DNA from: Minisyncoccia bacterium
GTDB taxonomy: Bacteria > Patescibacteriota > Minisyncoccia > Phycocordibacterales > UBA918
Direction of reading: 5' to 3'
Assembly (NCBI GenBank): GCA_041750655.1
Contig: JBGSYZ010000013.1
Location: forward strand, 4,769-68,768
Length of the DNA: 64,000 nt
Shown one piece after another: positions 18,117-27,668 of this stretch. Under the pieces are notes generated by a model. That model saw only the letters and a program-made list of their open reading frames with translations, did no database searches and was not told the origin of the DNA. Every line of letters starts with the position of its first letter. The stretch's first letter is position 1. A program made the translations under genes and the position numbers.

Positions 18117-18860
18117 TTAAAAATACCCTGGAGCTCCCTTGCCTTCCCTTTCAATATGGATATCATCAAAGCGACGGGCTTGAGCTACTAAGATGGAGCC
18201 TTGTTTGACTGACTCAAGCACGGCGAGAAATCCAACAATCACCGAACCTCTTTCTTTCTCATCTTTGATTAAGTCACTAAATCGTAGCTTCAGTTGCCTT
18301 TGTATACGCTCATGTAGACGATCAATCATTTCTTCCAGCGAAACAACTTTCTTTACTTGTACTTTTGGTTTTATTTCGGTTTTGGGGAGATTGGTTACAA
18401 CATTTCGGGCCGCTTCACTAAGAGCACTTAGATTTGTGAATTTATCCTCTACAAAAATTGGCTCGTCTGGGAGTACAAACGCACTCTCGTACATCATGTG
18501 TTGGCCAAAGATGTTTTGGATGGTTCTGCCAGCTTCACGGTAGATTTGGTACAGCTTAAGTCGGTGCTCAAGATCTTCGATTTTTTCTTCTTCCTCGTCG
18601 GTGAGTTCTAGAACCGGTAGTAAGGATTTGGATTTTATTAAAAGTAAGGTGGCGGCCAGGGTAATGAACTGGGCGGTATTAGGGAGTGAAAGTTGTTGCA
18701 TGTGTGAGACACGCGCCATGTATTCGTTGGTTACTTCGGCCAGGGATATGTCATTAATCAAAAGCTTTCGTTTCTCAACGAGTTCGATAAGGAGTTCTAA
18801 CGGTCCTTCAAACACTGGGGTTTTAACCGCGAACGTAGGCTCGTGCGTTGTACTAGGCAC
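18117..18860 (-). CDS. scpA: segregation and condensation protein A
   Basis: FEGPLELLIELVEKRKLLINDISLAEVTNEYM N-terminal kleisin motif; 247 aa. Confidence 0.85.
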   Translation of the reverse strand: MPSTTHEPTFAVKTPVFEGPLELLIELVEKRKLLINDISLAEVTNEYMARVSHMQQLSLPNTAQFITLAATLLLIKSKSLLPVLELTDEEEEKIEDLEHRLKLYQIYREAGRTIQNIFGQHMMYESAFVLPDEPIFVEDKFTNLSALSEAARNVVTNLPKTEIKPKVQVKKVVSLEEMIDRLHERIQRQLKLRFSDLIKDEKERGSVIVGFLAVLESVKQGSILVAQARRFDDIHIEREGKGAPGYF

Positions 18861-18927
18861 ATGTACATATTAGCAGGAAAAGGCAAAGCCTTTTCCTGCT
18901 TCTGAACATTGACACAATAAAAAAATG

Positions 18928-19476
18928 TTACTTATTTAAAGTCTTAAACCACGGCAGGATTTCCTTTTTCTTGAATTTCTCTAGCCAGTCATCCCGATGT
19001 TCGCGGTATTTGTCGTAGCTTTTTGGATATTCTGCGTACAGTTCGAGTTTCTTTTCTCCGTACTCGCTTACCTTCTCTGGATGCGCTTCCCAGTAGGTTT
19101 TTACAATCAAAAATGAGTCGATGAGTTTGTGGCCTTGCGGCAAGATGTGGATGTTTTCGATTCGTACATTATCTTTCTCTTTAGACACTAGTACAGTCTC
19201 GGGACCAACGTAGTCAAATTCTATTTCGTATCCGAATTGTTTAAGGGTGGTCAACTCTCGATCCAAACAATGAATATCTGGTACGACTACCAGCACATCG
19301 ACAATCGGTTGGCTTGGTAGACCCTCAATAGCGGTTCCTCCGACGTGATGAATATCTGGTTGGCAATCATCAAAGATTTGGATGAATTGATTTTCTAGCA
19401 ATTGATAACGCTCTGCCCAAGCTGGGTCAGTCGGGACTATGTGGTAAACACGATCTTTATGTGAACTTTTAGGCAT
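18928..19476 (-). CDS. GrpB/UPF0157-family nucleotidyltransferase-like protein
   Basis: HHVGGTAIEGLPSQPIVDVLVVV resembles the GrpB HIGSTSVPGL…KPIIDI motif. Confidence 0.7.
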   Translation of the reverse strand: MPKSSHKDRVYHIVPTDPAWAERYQLLENQFIQIFDDCQPDIHHVGGTAIEGLPSQPIVDVLVVVPDIHCLDRELTTLKQFGYEIEFDYVGPETVLVSKEKDNVRIENIHILPQGHKLIDSFLIVKTYWEAHPEKVSEYGEKKLELYAEYPKSYDKYREHRDDWLEKFKKKEILPWFKTLNK

Positions 19477-19492
19477 AAAATTATTATAGCAA

Positions 19493-20914
19493 CTAATACT
19501 GCTCTACAAACTTTACCAACATCCGCACTGGTTCGCCGGTCGCGCCTTTGGCTAGTTTGTCACTCGGTACACTCGTCATGCGTGGCGCCATATCAATATG
19601 AGCCCATGGGGCATTCTTAGGGGCAAAGAATGAGAGAAAAATCCCTCCTTCAATCGCTCCACCGTACTTTGAGAAACTAGGTGAGATATTGGAAATATCG
19701 GCCCGAGCACTTTTTACATACGGTTTGTACTCATCCCACAGCGGCAGCGGCCACATATAATCACCACTCTCCTCCCCTATTTCTATAAGTTTGGTTTGTA
19801 GTTTTTCGTCTTTGGTCATAATGGCACTGGTATGTTGGCCGAGGGCTACTAAGCTGGCTCCGGTTAGTGTCGCTATATCGAGAACAACTTTCGGATTAAA
19901 TCTTTCAGAGTATGTCAGGGCATCAGCTAAGACCATTCGACCTTCGGCATCGGTGTGAGTGACTTCGATAGTTTGACCGCTCATCGAAGTCACTATGTCC
20001 CCGGCTCGCATGGCTTTATCCGAAACAGCGTTTTCAGCCGTGGGTATAATGGCGATGACATTTTTCTTGAGTTTCATTTTGGCTATGGCAGAAATAGCAC
20101 CAATCACCATAGCTCCCCCTGACATATCTAGGTGCATCTCGTGCATGGCTCCCGATGGTTTTACATTGAGTCCACCGGTGTCGTACGTAATACCTTTGCC
20201 AAGTAAGACGATAGGTTTAAGGGATGAATCCTTTTTTGAAGAAGCGCCCGGCTTCTTCAAACCATAGTACTCAATCACAATCAGTTTTGGGTCATTTTCT
20301 GCTCCTTGGCCAACCGCTAACAAAGCGCCCATTTTAAGCTTCTTAAGCTCGGTATGAGAAAGTACCTTAATGGTTGCTTTAGTACCGGCTATGGCCTTTT
20401 TGGCGGCTTTGGCGAGCAAGTCTGGGGTCATATCAAGCGCTGGAGTGTTGGCAATATCTCGAGCATTATTGGTAGCCTCCGCCACGATCTCTCCTCTTTT
20501 AAAACCACTTTCCGCTTTCTTACTGATTCCACCACAAAGCAAAATTTCTTTCAATCCTTTCTTACTCTGTTTGCTTTTATAGGCGGTGAATTCATAAGCT
20601 GCTAAATGAAGGTTTTCCGCGACAGTTGAATACACCCATTCTTCTCCCGTGTCTTTCAATTTTGGAAATTCAGGTAAAGTCATGGCCACGTTTTCAAGTT
20701 GATGACTTTTAGCCGCTTGGACAATAGAGCGTACGAAAAGACGAAACTTTCGCGCTGTCATGTCTCTATACTTCCCTGCTCCCATGCGATATTTAAGTTG
20801 ACCATCGGGGGTTTCTACCAGTCGATGCCAGTTTGGTGCGTCTTCAGTAATTACCAACCGACAATATTTTTTCGGAGCATTTTCAATAAGATTCTTTGTG
20901 ACAGTTATTTTCAT
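19493..20914 (-). CDS. pepA: leucyl aminopeptidase (M17)
   Basis: NTDAEGR signature inside THTDAEGRMVLADAL; 473 aa. Confidence 0.9.
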   Translation of the reverse strand: MKITVTKNLIENAPKKYCRLVITEDAPNWHRLVETPDGQLKYRMGAGKYRDMTARKFRLFVRSIVQAAKSHQLENVAMTLPEFPKLKDTGEEWVYSTVAENLHLAAYEFTAYKSKQSKKGLKEILLCGGISKKAESGFKRGEIVAEATNNARDIANTPALDMTPDLLAKAAKKAIAGTKATIKVLSHTELKKLKMGALLAVGQGAENDPKLIVIEYYGLKKPGASSKKDSSLKPIVLLGKGITYDTGGLNVKPSGAMHEMHLDMSGGAMVIGAISAIAKMKLKKNVIAIIPTAENAVSDKAMRAGDIVTSMSGQTIEVTHTDAEGRMVLADALTYSERFNPKVVLDIATLTGASLVALGQHTSAIMTKDEKLQTKLIEIGEESGDYMWPLPLWDEYKPYVKSARADISNISPSFSKYGGAIEGGIFLSFFAPKNAPWAHIDMAPRMTSVPSDKLAKGATGEPVRMLVKFVEQY

Positions 20915-21041
20915 GCAGGAATTTTACCATAAGTTGACATATTAATAATATCATGTATAATATAAAAACTGTCGCCCGCTTGGGTATAACAGTTCTTTCT
21001 TGGGCGGGCTGCAGCAATGCAACTCAACCAAGGAGGCCGAC

Positions 21042-21317
21042 ATGGCTCTTTCACCTGAAGACATTACCCCAACTTATGGAGAGCTACAAGTTGTTGACTG
21101 GGTTGAAAAACACCCTATTGATGGCGAGTTAGCGAATCATTCGGGGTTCGAGAAGTACATCAGAATTGAGGTGCCAATTGCTGAAAATACACCAGCTAGT
21201 CTGCGTCGTATTAAAGCCGAACTAACACGTCGCTACAAGGCGGCCGGTTGGTGGAAAGTCCGGTGGATTGCTGGGCAGGGACCGCGTTCGGTTGGTTTCA
21301 TTCTCGAACAGGAATAG
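21042..21317 (+). CDS. small hypothetical protein (91 aa) with strong SD; GC-richer than its neighbours
   Basis: AAGGAGG 6 nt before ATG 21042 (the ORF track starts at 21000); no family recognised. Confidence 0.45.
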   Translation: MALSPEDITPTYGELQVVDWVEKHPIDGELANHSGFEKYIRIEVPIAENTPASLRRIKAELTRRYKAAGWWKVRWIAGQGPRSVGFILEQE

Positions 21318-21379
21318 CGGCGCAACGCGCCGAACGCCACGACGGTCTCCGTAGGAGGCGACATGAAACGACGATAAGC

Positions 21380-21410
21380 GAACCGGCCCCATGGGCCGGT
21401 TCTTTTTCTT
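21380..21410. terminator. bidirectional intrinsic terminator (serves aspS and the small + gene)
   Basis: CCGGCCC-ATG-GGCCGG hairpin followed by TTCTTTTTCTT. Confidence 0.75.
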
Positions 21411-22807
21411 TATTCCTCTTTCTTTTTATTCACACTCAAACCTAGTTCTAGCAATTGCTCTAAAGTTAGTGGTTTCGGGGCATTCATGACCGCGGTCTGG
21501 CCCTTACGGGTCATTGGGAAAGCTTGGACTTCTCGCAAATAGTCTTCACCAGTCAGGTTCATGACGTTGCGCTCAACTCCGAGCGCGATACCGCCGTGTG
21601 GTGGTGTACCGTAGGTAAAAGCTTCAAGGATGTGACCCACTTTTTCTTGGGTCTCTTCTGGAGTGTTCCCCATTACTTTGTACACCGCTTCAATAATTTC
21701 TGGTTTGTGAGAACGAATAGAACCGCCACCAGCTTCAAAGCCATTGCAGACTAAGTCGTACTGCGTAGTCAGAATATTTTCAATATTTTCACCTTTCATC
21801 AGGTCTTCAATAAATTCCGCTTTTGGCATGGAGAAGGGATTGTGAGTAAAGGTCCAGTCTCCCTTGTCGGTCTTCTCAAAGAATGGAAAATCGACTACCC
21901 AAGCGTACGCCAAGACACCATTTTCTTTATCTTCCTCAGTACGCATGTCGAATTTGTCGGCGCCGTACTTTTTCATGCTTTCAGCGTAGGTGACCACTGG
22001 AAATGGTTTTTGCTTGACGGTATAGCCCATACTCTCAACTGTGGTAGTTACCATGTCTTCGATAATACTCATGACATCGTTGCGCTCAACAAAGCTCATC
22101 TCAACATCAATCTGTGTGTGTTCGTAGCCACGGTCAGCGCGTAAATCTTCGTCACGAATAGCCCTGGCAATCTGCACGTAGCGGTCGAAACCAGCGTTCA
22201 TCAGTAGCTGTTTGTATTGCTGTGGGGACTGTGGCAAAGCGTAGAACTTACCCGGTTGGTGACGGCTTGGTACCACGAAGTCACGAGAACCTTCTGGTGT
22301 GGATTCGGTCAGCAGTGGAGTTTCGATTTCGCAGAATTCTCGTTCCATTAGGAAGTTGCGGCAACGGCGAACGAATTCACTGCGAATCCGGATGTTCTTT
22401 TGCATTCGTTCGGTTCGCAAATCTAAGTCACGGTGTTTGAGGCGTACCTCCTCGTCTTTACCAAACGTATCTTCAGTAATTTCAAACGGTGGTGTTTTGG
22501 CTTCGTTGAGTATTTCGATAGCAGTAATTTCTAGCTCGATGTCTCCATTGAGGACATCAGCTTTAACCATTTTTTCGGGACGTTCATTGACGATACCAGT
22601 AATAGCGACGACATACTCTGGCCGGAGTGTCTTGGCTACTTCGAGGACTTCTGGTTTACCAAAGACCACTCCCTGGACCTTGCCGGTGAAGTCACGGAAA
22701 TCAAAAAAGGCCATTTTTCCTTGGTCGCGAGCGACGTCCACCCAGCCTTTAATAACCACCTCCTTGGTTTTGTGTTCCCCTAAGTTTTTAATTAATGTTC
22801 GTTCCAT
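21410..22807 (-). CDS. aspS: aspartyl-tRNA synthetase (class IIb, archaeal/compact type)
   Basis: FRDEDLRADRGYEHTQID-like core (ARAIRDEDLRADRGYEHTQIDVE) and motif 3 GGIALGVERNVM; N-terminal OB fold. Confidence 0.9.
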   Translation of the reverse strand: MERTLIKNLGEHKTKEVVIKGWVDVARDQGKMAFFDFRDFTGKVQGVVFGKPEVLEVAKTLRPEYVVAITGIVNERPEKMVKADVLNGDIELEITAIEILNEAKTPPFEITEDTFGKDEEVRLKHRDLDLRTERMQKNIRIRSEFVRRCRNFLMEREFCEIETPLLTESTPEGSRDFVVPSRHQPGKFYALPQSPQQYKQLLMNAGFDRYVQIARAIRDEDLRADRGYEHTQIDVEMSFVERNDVMSIIEDMVTTTVESMGYTVKQKPFPVVTYAESMKKYGADKFDMRTEEDKENGVLAYAWVVDFPFFEKTDKGDWTFTHNPFSMPKAEFIEDLMKGENIENILTTQYDLVCNGFEAGGGSIRSHKPEIIEAVYKVMGNTPEETQEKVGHILEAFTYGTPPHGGIALGVERNVMNLTGEDYLREVQAFPMTRKGQTAVMNAPKPLTLEQLLELGLSVNKKKEE

Positions 22808-22821
22808 ATTCTCTTTTGTGT

Positions 22822-22880
22822 AGAAACAAAAATCGTCCCTACAAATATATTAGTGCTAATACATTTGTAGGGACGATTTC
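22822..22880 (-). terminator. intrinsic terminator of the trpS operon: 17-bp perfect inverted repeat
   Basis: AAATCGTCCCTACAAAT-N17-ATTTGTAGGGACGATTT; on the minus strand it is followed by TTTTTGTTTCT. Confidence 0.7.
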
Positions 22881-23000
22881 AAACTGATGTTTGATGATTC
22901 GCGGTGCCACCCTACTTTGGCCTAACGGCCCTCGATTGATATTAAACTGGTTAATCCCTCCACAGTGTCAGCTGCTTCATTGGAATATTTCTATAATACT

Positions 23001-23360
23001 CTAACTCTCGTCAATTTCAACCTTAATAACTTGTCCAACAGTTGGATGTTCGTACGAGGTTACAAAGTATTCATTTGAATCAAGTTCTTTCATTAACCTT
23101 TCTTCAAATTTATAAAATTCGTAGTCGGGCAGATTTTCGTCTTTTTTTAGTGGGTGAAAACGGTATTCAATCCAGTCCTCTCCAACGTGAGTGTCAGAAC
23201 CAGTTATTTCTTTATAACTAAAATCTTCACTCTCATCCTCACAAACTTTTTTTAATGCGTCAAAAAAATTGTTGCGTCGATTCTGTAGCCTTTCGACACG
23301 TTCAATTTCAGCCTCATCAAGTGGCATTTTGTCTGGTACTGATTCACCTTCTCCAAACAT
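23001..23360 (-). CDS. small acidic hypothetical protein (119 aa)
   Basis: ORF co-directional with trpS and 7 nt downstream of the previous small gene; pI clearly acidic; no motif. Confidence 0.45.
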   Translation of the reverse strand: MFGEGESVPDKMPLDEAEIERVERLQNRRNNFFDALKKVCEDESEDFSYKEITGSDTHVGEDWIEYRFHPLKKDENLPDYEFYKFEERLMKELDSNEYFVTSYEHPTVGQVIKVEIDES

Positions 23361-23366
23361 ATTAAT

Positions 23367-23648
23367 TTAAATATTAATCTCAATATTAACGGCACTGTTT
23401 GGCCACACTACAACTTTAAGATTTTCCTCATTTAAAAGTTCATTATCACGAATCAAACCATTAACTATTTCACGGTGCTGCTGTTCACTAATAGGTATTT
23501 CATTTTCATCTAAAATTTGAAAACGAGCGTGATTATGGTCCATCTCATCAAGGTGGTGGATAGTGCAACCTATTTTTCTGGCAATGTCCTCAAATAACAC
23601 CATGCGTTGTCGTATCGGTGATTCTGGTACTGCTTCGAGTTTTTGCAT
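23367..23648 (-). CDS. small acidic hypothetical protein (93 aa)
   Basis: Starts 6 nt after the trpS stop; His-rich patch HHLDEMDHNH. Confidence 0.45.
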   Translation of the reverse strand: MQKLEAVPESPIRQRMVLFEDIARKIGCTIHHLDEMDHNHARFQILDENEIPISEQQHREIVNGLIRDNELLNEENLKVVVWPNSAVNIEINI

Positions 23649-23653
23649 AATAT

Positions 23654-24601
23654 TTAGATGGTAATGCCGATTGCGTCACGCACTCTTTTAAGAGTCTGGC
23701 TGGAAATTTCTTTAGCTTTTTGTACACCTTCTGCTAGAACGATTTTTACATCTTCGTCAGTGATGGAGTTTCGTTTTTCCCTCATGGGACCAAAATAGGT
23801 TTCCAAGTCTGCCGCCAACATTTTCTTTAAGTCACCATAGCGGCCTTTGTTTTCCTTATAGACAGGATCCAGTTCCTCAGCTGTCTTGAGGAGTCGGTGT
23901 ATAGCGTAAACATTCTCGGGACGTTCACCCGTCGAATCAGTCACAATACTCATGACCGCTTTTTCAGTTTCTTCGGCGTTTCCAAACAGAGGAATGGTGT
24001 TGCTGTAGCTTTTACTCATTTTGGCTCCGTCGGTACCAGGAATAACTCCAACTGAATCATAGATTTTCTCTTGTGGTTCTTTAAGAAGATTTTCTCCATA
24101 GGCACGGTTGAGCTTTCCTACTGCTTCGCGGGTGTACTCCAGGTGCTGACGTTGATCTTCGCCTACTGGCACTACATCAACATCATACAGAGTGATGTCA
24201 GCTGCTTGCAGCATCGGATACGTAAACAATCCAGCGTTGGGTTCTATTCCCTTAGCTACTTTGTCTTTGTAGGAGTGCGCTTGCATGAGGAAAGGTACGG
24301 TCACCATACAATCCAGTACCCACCCGAGCTCTGTGTGGTCTTGGTTATCGGATTGTCGAAAAATAATCGCTTTCTTAGGGTCGACTCCCACCGCTAGATA
24401 ATCTTTAACAACGTTGATTACATTTTTTCGAAGTGCCTCTGGGTCACGAACTGAAGTCAGTGCATGATAGTCAGCAATCATTAAAAAACTATCGTATTCT
24501 TCATACATGTCTAAAAAGGGTTTAAGAGCCCCAAAGTAATTCCCAATATGCAAATCTCCAGAAGATTGTAGGCCGGTTAGTAATCGTCTTTTCTCTGCCA
24601 T
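23654..24601 (-). CDS. trpS: tryptophanyl-tRNA synthetase
   Basis: GDLHIGNYFGALK (HIGH motif) and KMSKSYSN (KMSKS motif); 315 aa. Confidence 0.9.
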   Translation of the reverse strand: MAEKRRLLTGLQSSGDLHIGNYFGALKPFLDMYEEYDSFLMIADYHALTSVRDPEALRKNVINVVKDYLAVGVDPKKAIIFRQSDNQDHTELGWVLDCMVTVPFLMQAHSYKDKVAKGIEPNAGLFTYPMLQAADITLYDVDVVPVGEDQRQHLEYTREAVGKLNRAYGENLLKEPQEKIYDSVGVIPGTDGAKMSKSYSNTIPLFGNAEETEKAVMSIVTDSTGERPENVYAIHRLLKTAEELDPVYKENKGRYGDLKKMLAADLETYFGPMREKRNSITDEDVKIVLAEGVQKAKEISSQTLKRVRDAIGITI

Positions 24602-24622
24602 AATGAGCCTATCCTATCAGTT

Positions 24623-26281
24623 TTATTGCTGTAATGGCAACTCAAGTGTAAAGCTAGATCCTTTACCGGGGCCGTCAGATTTAGCAGTGATTGTACCCCC
24701 CATATGTTCAATCATTTGTTTAGCCACAAAAAGACCCAGACCTGTGCCTGAAATATTAGTTTTGTTAGCGTCCTTAGCCCGAGAGAATTTTGCAAAAAGA
24801 CTATCGAGCGTGTCTTCACTCATACCAATACCAGTATCACTAATGGTGACCATTATTTTTTTGGTAGTTTTATTTTCTCCGACACTCACTACAATCGAAC
24901 CGCGTTCAGTGTATTTTAGAGAATTGTTAATGAGGTTGTGTAACGCTTGTCTGGTTTTACCGATGTCAGCATTAACAATGCCTTTGCTGGTAAGGTCGCT
25001 TCGGAAAGTCAGTAGTAGGCCTTTTTGCATGGCGGTCTGTCGCAATTCATCTACCACAGTTGAGGTGGTCTCTTTGAGATTAAAATCAGACATTTCATAC
25101 TTCATGTTTCCAGACTCAATCCGAGACACGTTCAAGTAATCCTCCACTGAGTTCACCATGTACTTACTTGATTCAGAAATTCGTTCCAAGGCTTCTTTGG
25201 CTTTTGGTGGTACCGTGCCGTAAGAACCTTCCAAGAGCATAGACGCATACCCCCGAATAGAAGTCAGCGGGCTACGCAATTGATGGCTCGCAATCGATAC
25301 AAACTCAGACTTCATTTTGTCCAACACTTTGAGACGTTTGTTCGCTCGTTCAAGGTCTTTCGTAAGACGTTCAAGTTCCAATTTTTGCTCAAATTCACGT
25401 TTAACTCCTTTGATTAAAAAATATCCAACCACTGTTGTAAATATTAGGGTGATTACCACTATTAGAGTAAAGAGTTCTGAATCAACAAATAAAAGTGAAC
25501 ACACGAGCGCCCACAGAACAACTACTAATATTTGTGCTCCGGCCATCTCAATTTTAAATGCTCTAAATTGAATAATGCTGTAAGCAATAAGAAAAGCAAA
25601 AATTGGCATCCCAAATAGACCATACTGACTAATTATCCAATCATCTGTGAAGCTACTAATGATGTTTCCAGAGGTGAATGAAAGTAAGAAAGTGACTAGT
25701 CCAATTAGAAATAAGATAGCTGAGCGACGACGGTTTATTTCCAGTCTTTTTAGCTGCCTAAAAGCTGTTATGACAATTAAAATTACAAAAGTTATATTGA
25801 GTAAATAAGTGTAGTATTTTGCTAGCGGACCCTCAATACTTTCACAGGTAGAAAGAGCTATGGCTTCTAGGTTTAATGTTGTGGGTAAAAGTAATACAAG
25901 TGGAATTAATATTGTTACTACAAACAAATTTGTATAAAAGCCAGGAGTTTTTTGATAAAGGAAAATATAAAAAAGATAAAAGGCCACTGCGTACGTTAGT
26001 GGTTCAATTAAAACCTGTATTGACCAGGCGAACATTACGATTGACGGATCATTTGTTGCCCACAGAGCAACATCAAGTAAGGCCCAAACTGTAAATAAAG
26101 TAGCAAAGAAGAGAAACAGTCTGGAGATAGTATTTTTTGGATTATTTATAAAAACCAAAAGACTAACGGCAACAGCTGAAAAAATAGCAATGAAATGAGA
26201 ATAATTAATCAGAAGAGGGACGCTTGACGAGACAAACAAAAAAGTGGCAGATTCCCAAGGACATAAAAGTGCTGTTTCCAT
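24623..26281 (-). CDS. multi-TM sensor histidine kinase (HisKA + HATPase_c)
   Basis: About 8 N-terminal TM helices; H-box VSIASHQLRSPLTSI; G-boxes ISDTGIGMSEDTL and GTGLGLFVAKQM. Confidence 0.85.
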   Translation of the reverse strand: METALLCPWESATFLFVSSSVPLLINYSHFIAIFSAVAVSLLVFINNPKNTISRLFLFFATLFTVWALLDVALWATNDPSIVMFAWSIQVLIEPLTYAVAFYLFYIFLYQKTPGFYTNLFVVTILIPLVLLLPTTLNLEAIALSTCESIEGPLAKYYTYLLNITFVILIVITAFRQLKRLEINRRRSAILFLIGLVTFLLSFTSGNIISSFTDDWIISQYGLFGMPIFAFLIAYSIIQFRAFKIEMAGAQILVVVLWALVCSLLFVDSELFTLIVVITLIFTTVVGYFLIKGVKREFEQKLELERLTKDLERANKRLKVLDKMKSEFVSIASHQLRSPLTSIRGYASMLLEGSYGTVPPKAKEALERISESSKYMVNSVEDYLNVSRIESGNMKYEMSDFNLKETTSTVVDELRQTAMQKGLLLTFRSDLTSKGIVNADIGKTRQALHNLINNSLKYTERGSIVVSVGENKTTKKIMVTISDTGIGMSEDTLDSLFAKFSRAKDANKTNISGTGLGLFVAKQMIEHMGGTITAKSDGPGKGSSFTLELPLQQ

Positions 26282-26285
26282 ATTA

Positions 26286-26438
26286 TTATTCCTCTACGAC
26301 TTCATCAAGATCATCAATTATTACAAAATCCTTTAATACTACAGTTTTGTAATGAGTGGCTGCAATGCTTAACATTGTCAAAAGTATAAAAACAATAAGT
26401 AAAATGCGTGAATATTTGTCTAGATGAAATTGTTCCAT
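26286..26438 (-). CDS. 50-aa single-TM micro-protein immediately upstream of (co-oriented with) the histidine kinase
   Basis: MEQFHLDKYSRILLIVFILLTMLSIAATHYKTVVLKDFVIIDDLDEVVEE; the stop is 2 nt before the HK ATG; below the ORF-track cutoff. Confidence 0.3.
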   Translation of the reverse strand: MEQFHLDKYSRILLIVFILLTMLSIAATHYKTVVLKDFVIIDDLDEVVEE

Positions 26439-26564
26439 ATTTTATTTTAAAAAGCACACAAATCGCATGTTTTTACTTTACTTTTTATGATACAATAAAA
26501 TACGTCAGTATTTTCCCCGTATGGGGATTTCTTAATAATAATTTTCTGAGTAGAAAAGATAGGT

Positions 26565-27665
26565 ATGTCAGCGTTCGATAAATTAAGTTTAAAAAAGAAA
26601 GTGTGGTCGTGTAACGAGTGGGATCCGCTCGAGGAAGTTATTGTTGGTTCTGTTGAAGGTGCTGTAGTTCCTATTTGGAACCCAGCTTTAGAATCAACTA
26701 CTCCCAATCATGCCAAGTGGTTTTTTGAAAAATATGGTGGACAGCTATTTCCTGATGAAATGATAGAAAAAGCCAGTATTGAACTGGATAACTTAGCAAA
26801 AGTGTTAGAGGATTTAGGGATTATAGTTAAACGACCAAGTAAGGTAGATTATACAAAAACAACCATTACACCATGGTGGGAAAGCCAAGGACTTTATTCT
26901 GCTATGCCCAGGGATGTAATGATAGTTATCGGTGATACTATCATTGAGGCCCCTATGGCGTGGCGATCACGTTATTTTGAAATTTACGCTTATCGTGACT
27001 TAATAACCGATTACTTTAAGGAAGGGGCTAAATGGCATGCTGCACCTAAGGGCTCTATGGATAATGATTTTTATAATAAAGATTATAATCCTGAAAAAGC
27101 CACAGTAGATGGGAAAAGACAATTTGTAGTCTCTGAAAATGAAGTTGCTTTTGATGCTGCTGATTTTGTAAGATTCGGTAAGGATATTTTTGTACAAAAG
27201 AGTAATGTTACTAATTCCTTAGGAATAGAATGGGTCAGACGACATATTGGGTCGGAATATACAGTGCATGAAGTTGAATTTGGTGATGAACACCCGATGC
27301 ACATTGATACAACCATAGTTCCACTTAGTCCGGGTAAACTTTTAATAAATCCTTCTTGGGTTAAAAAAGAACATTTGCCACCTATATTTGACTCATGGGA
27401 AATAATTGAAGCTCCAGAGCCAGTTAAGCCATACGATTCAGCGCTATATTTTTCTAGTGATTGGCTGACTATGAATTTTTTGAGCATTGATGAAAAACGT
27501 ATTTTAGTTGAAGAGAATGAGGTTCCTCTCATTGAATTGTTAACTAAGCATGGTTTTGAGGCTATACCAATTCCATTTAGAAACTTCTACCCTTTTGGCG
27601 GTTCAATACACTGTGCAACAGCCGATATTCGTAGACGTGGCGAACTTAAGTCTTACTTTAATTAA
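26565..27665 (+). CDS. amidinotransferase-family enzyme (L-arginine:glycine amidinotransferase / StrB1-like)
   Basis: N-terminal CNEWDPLEEVIVGSVEGAVVP (cf. GATM SHNEWDPLEEVIVG) and C-terminal catalytic-Cys motif GGSIHCAT. Confidence 0.8.
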   Translation: MSAFDKLSLKKKVWSCNEWDPLEEVIVGSVEGAVVPIWNPALESTTPNHAKWFFEKYGGQLFPDEMIEKASIELDNLAKVLEDLGIIVKRPSKVDYTKTTITPWWESQGLYSAMPRDVMIVIGDTIIEAPMAWRSRYFEIYAYRDLITDYFKEGAKWHAAPKGSMDNDFYNKDYNPEKATVDGKRQFVVSENEVAFDAADFVRFGKDIFVQKSNVTNSLGIEWVRRHIGSEYTVHEVEFGDEHPMHIDTTIVPLSPGKLLINPSWVKKEHLPPIFDSWEIIEAPEPVKPYDSALYFSSDWLTMNFLSIDEKRILVEENEVPLIELLTKHGFEAIPIPFRNFYPFGGSIHCATADIRRRGELKSYFN

Positions 27666-27668
27666 ATT

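Noticed and set aside
18862-18905. Hairpin AGCAGGAAAAGG-CAAA-CCTTTTCCTGCT between scpA and grpB
   Set aside because: Good stem but no U-tract on either strand; not called as a terminator (possibly an attenuator or protein site). Left unannotated.
21363-21377. SD-preceded 4-codon mini-ORF MKRR (AGGAGGCGACATGAAACGACGATAA)
   Set aside because: Too short to evaluate; it sits in the shared terminator region and is probably a chance match.
22895-22990. Possible tRNA near GGTTAATCCCTCC upstream of aspS
   Set aside because: The T-loop-like string lacks a pairing T-stem and there is no acceptor-stem complementarity or CCA context; no cloverleaf could be drawn.
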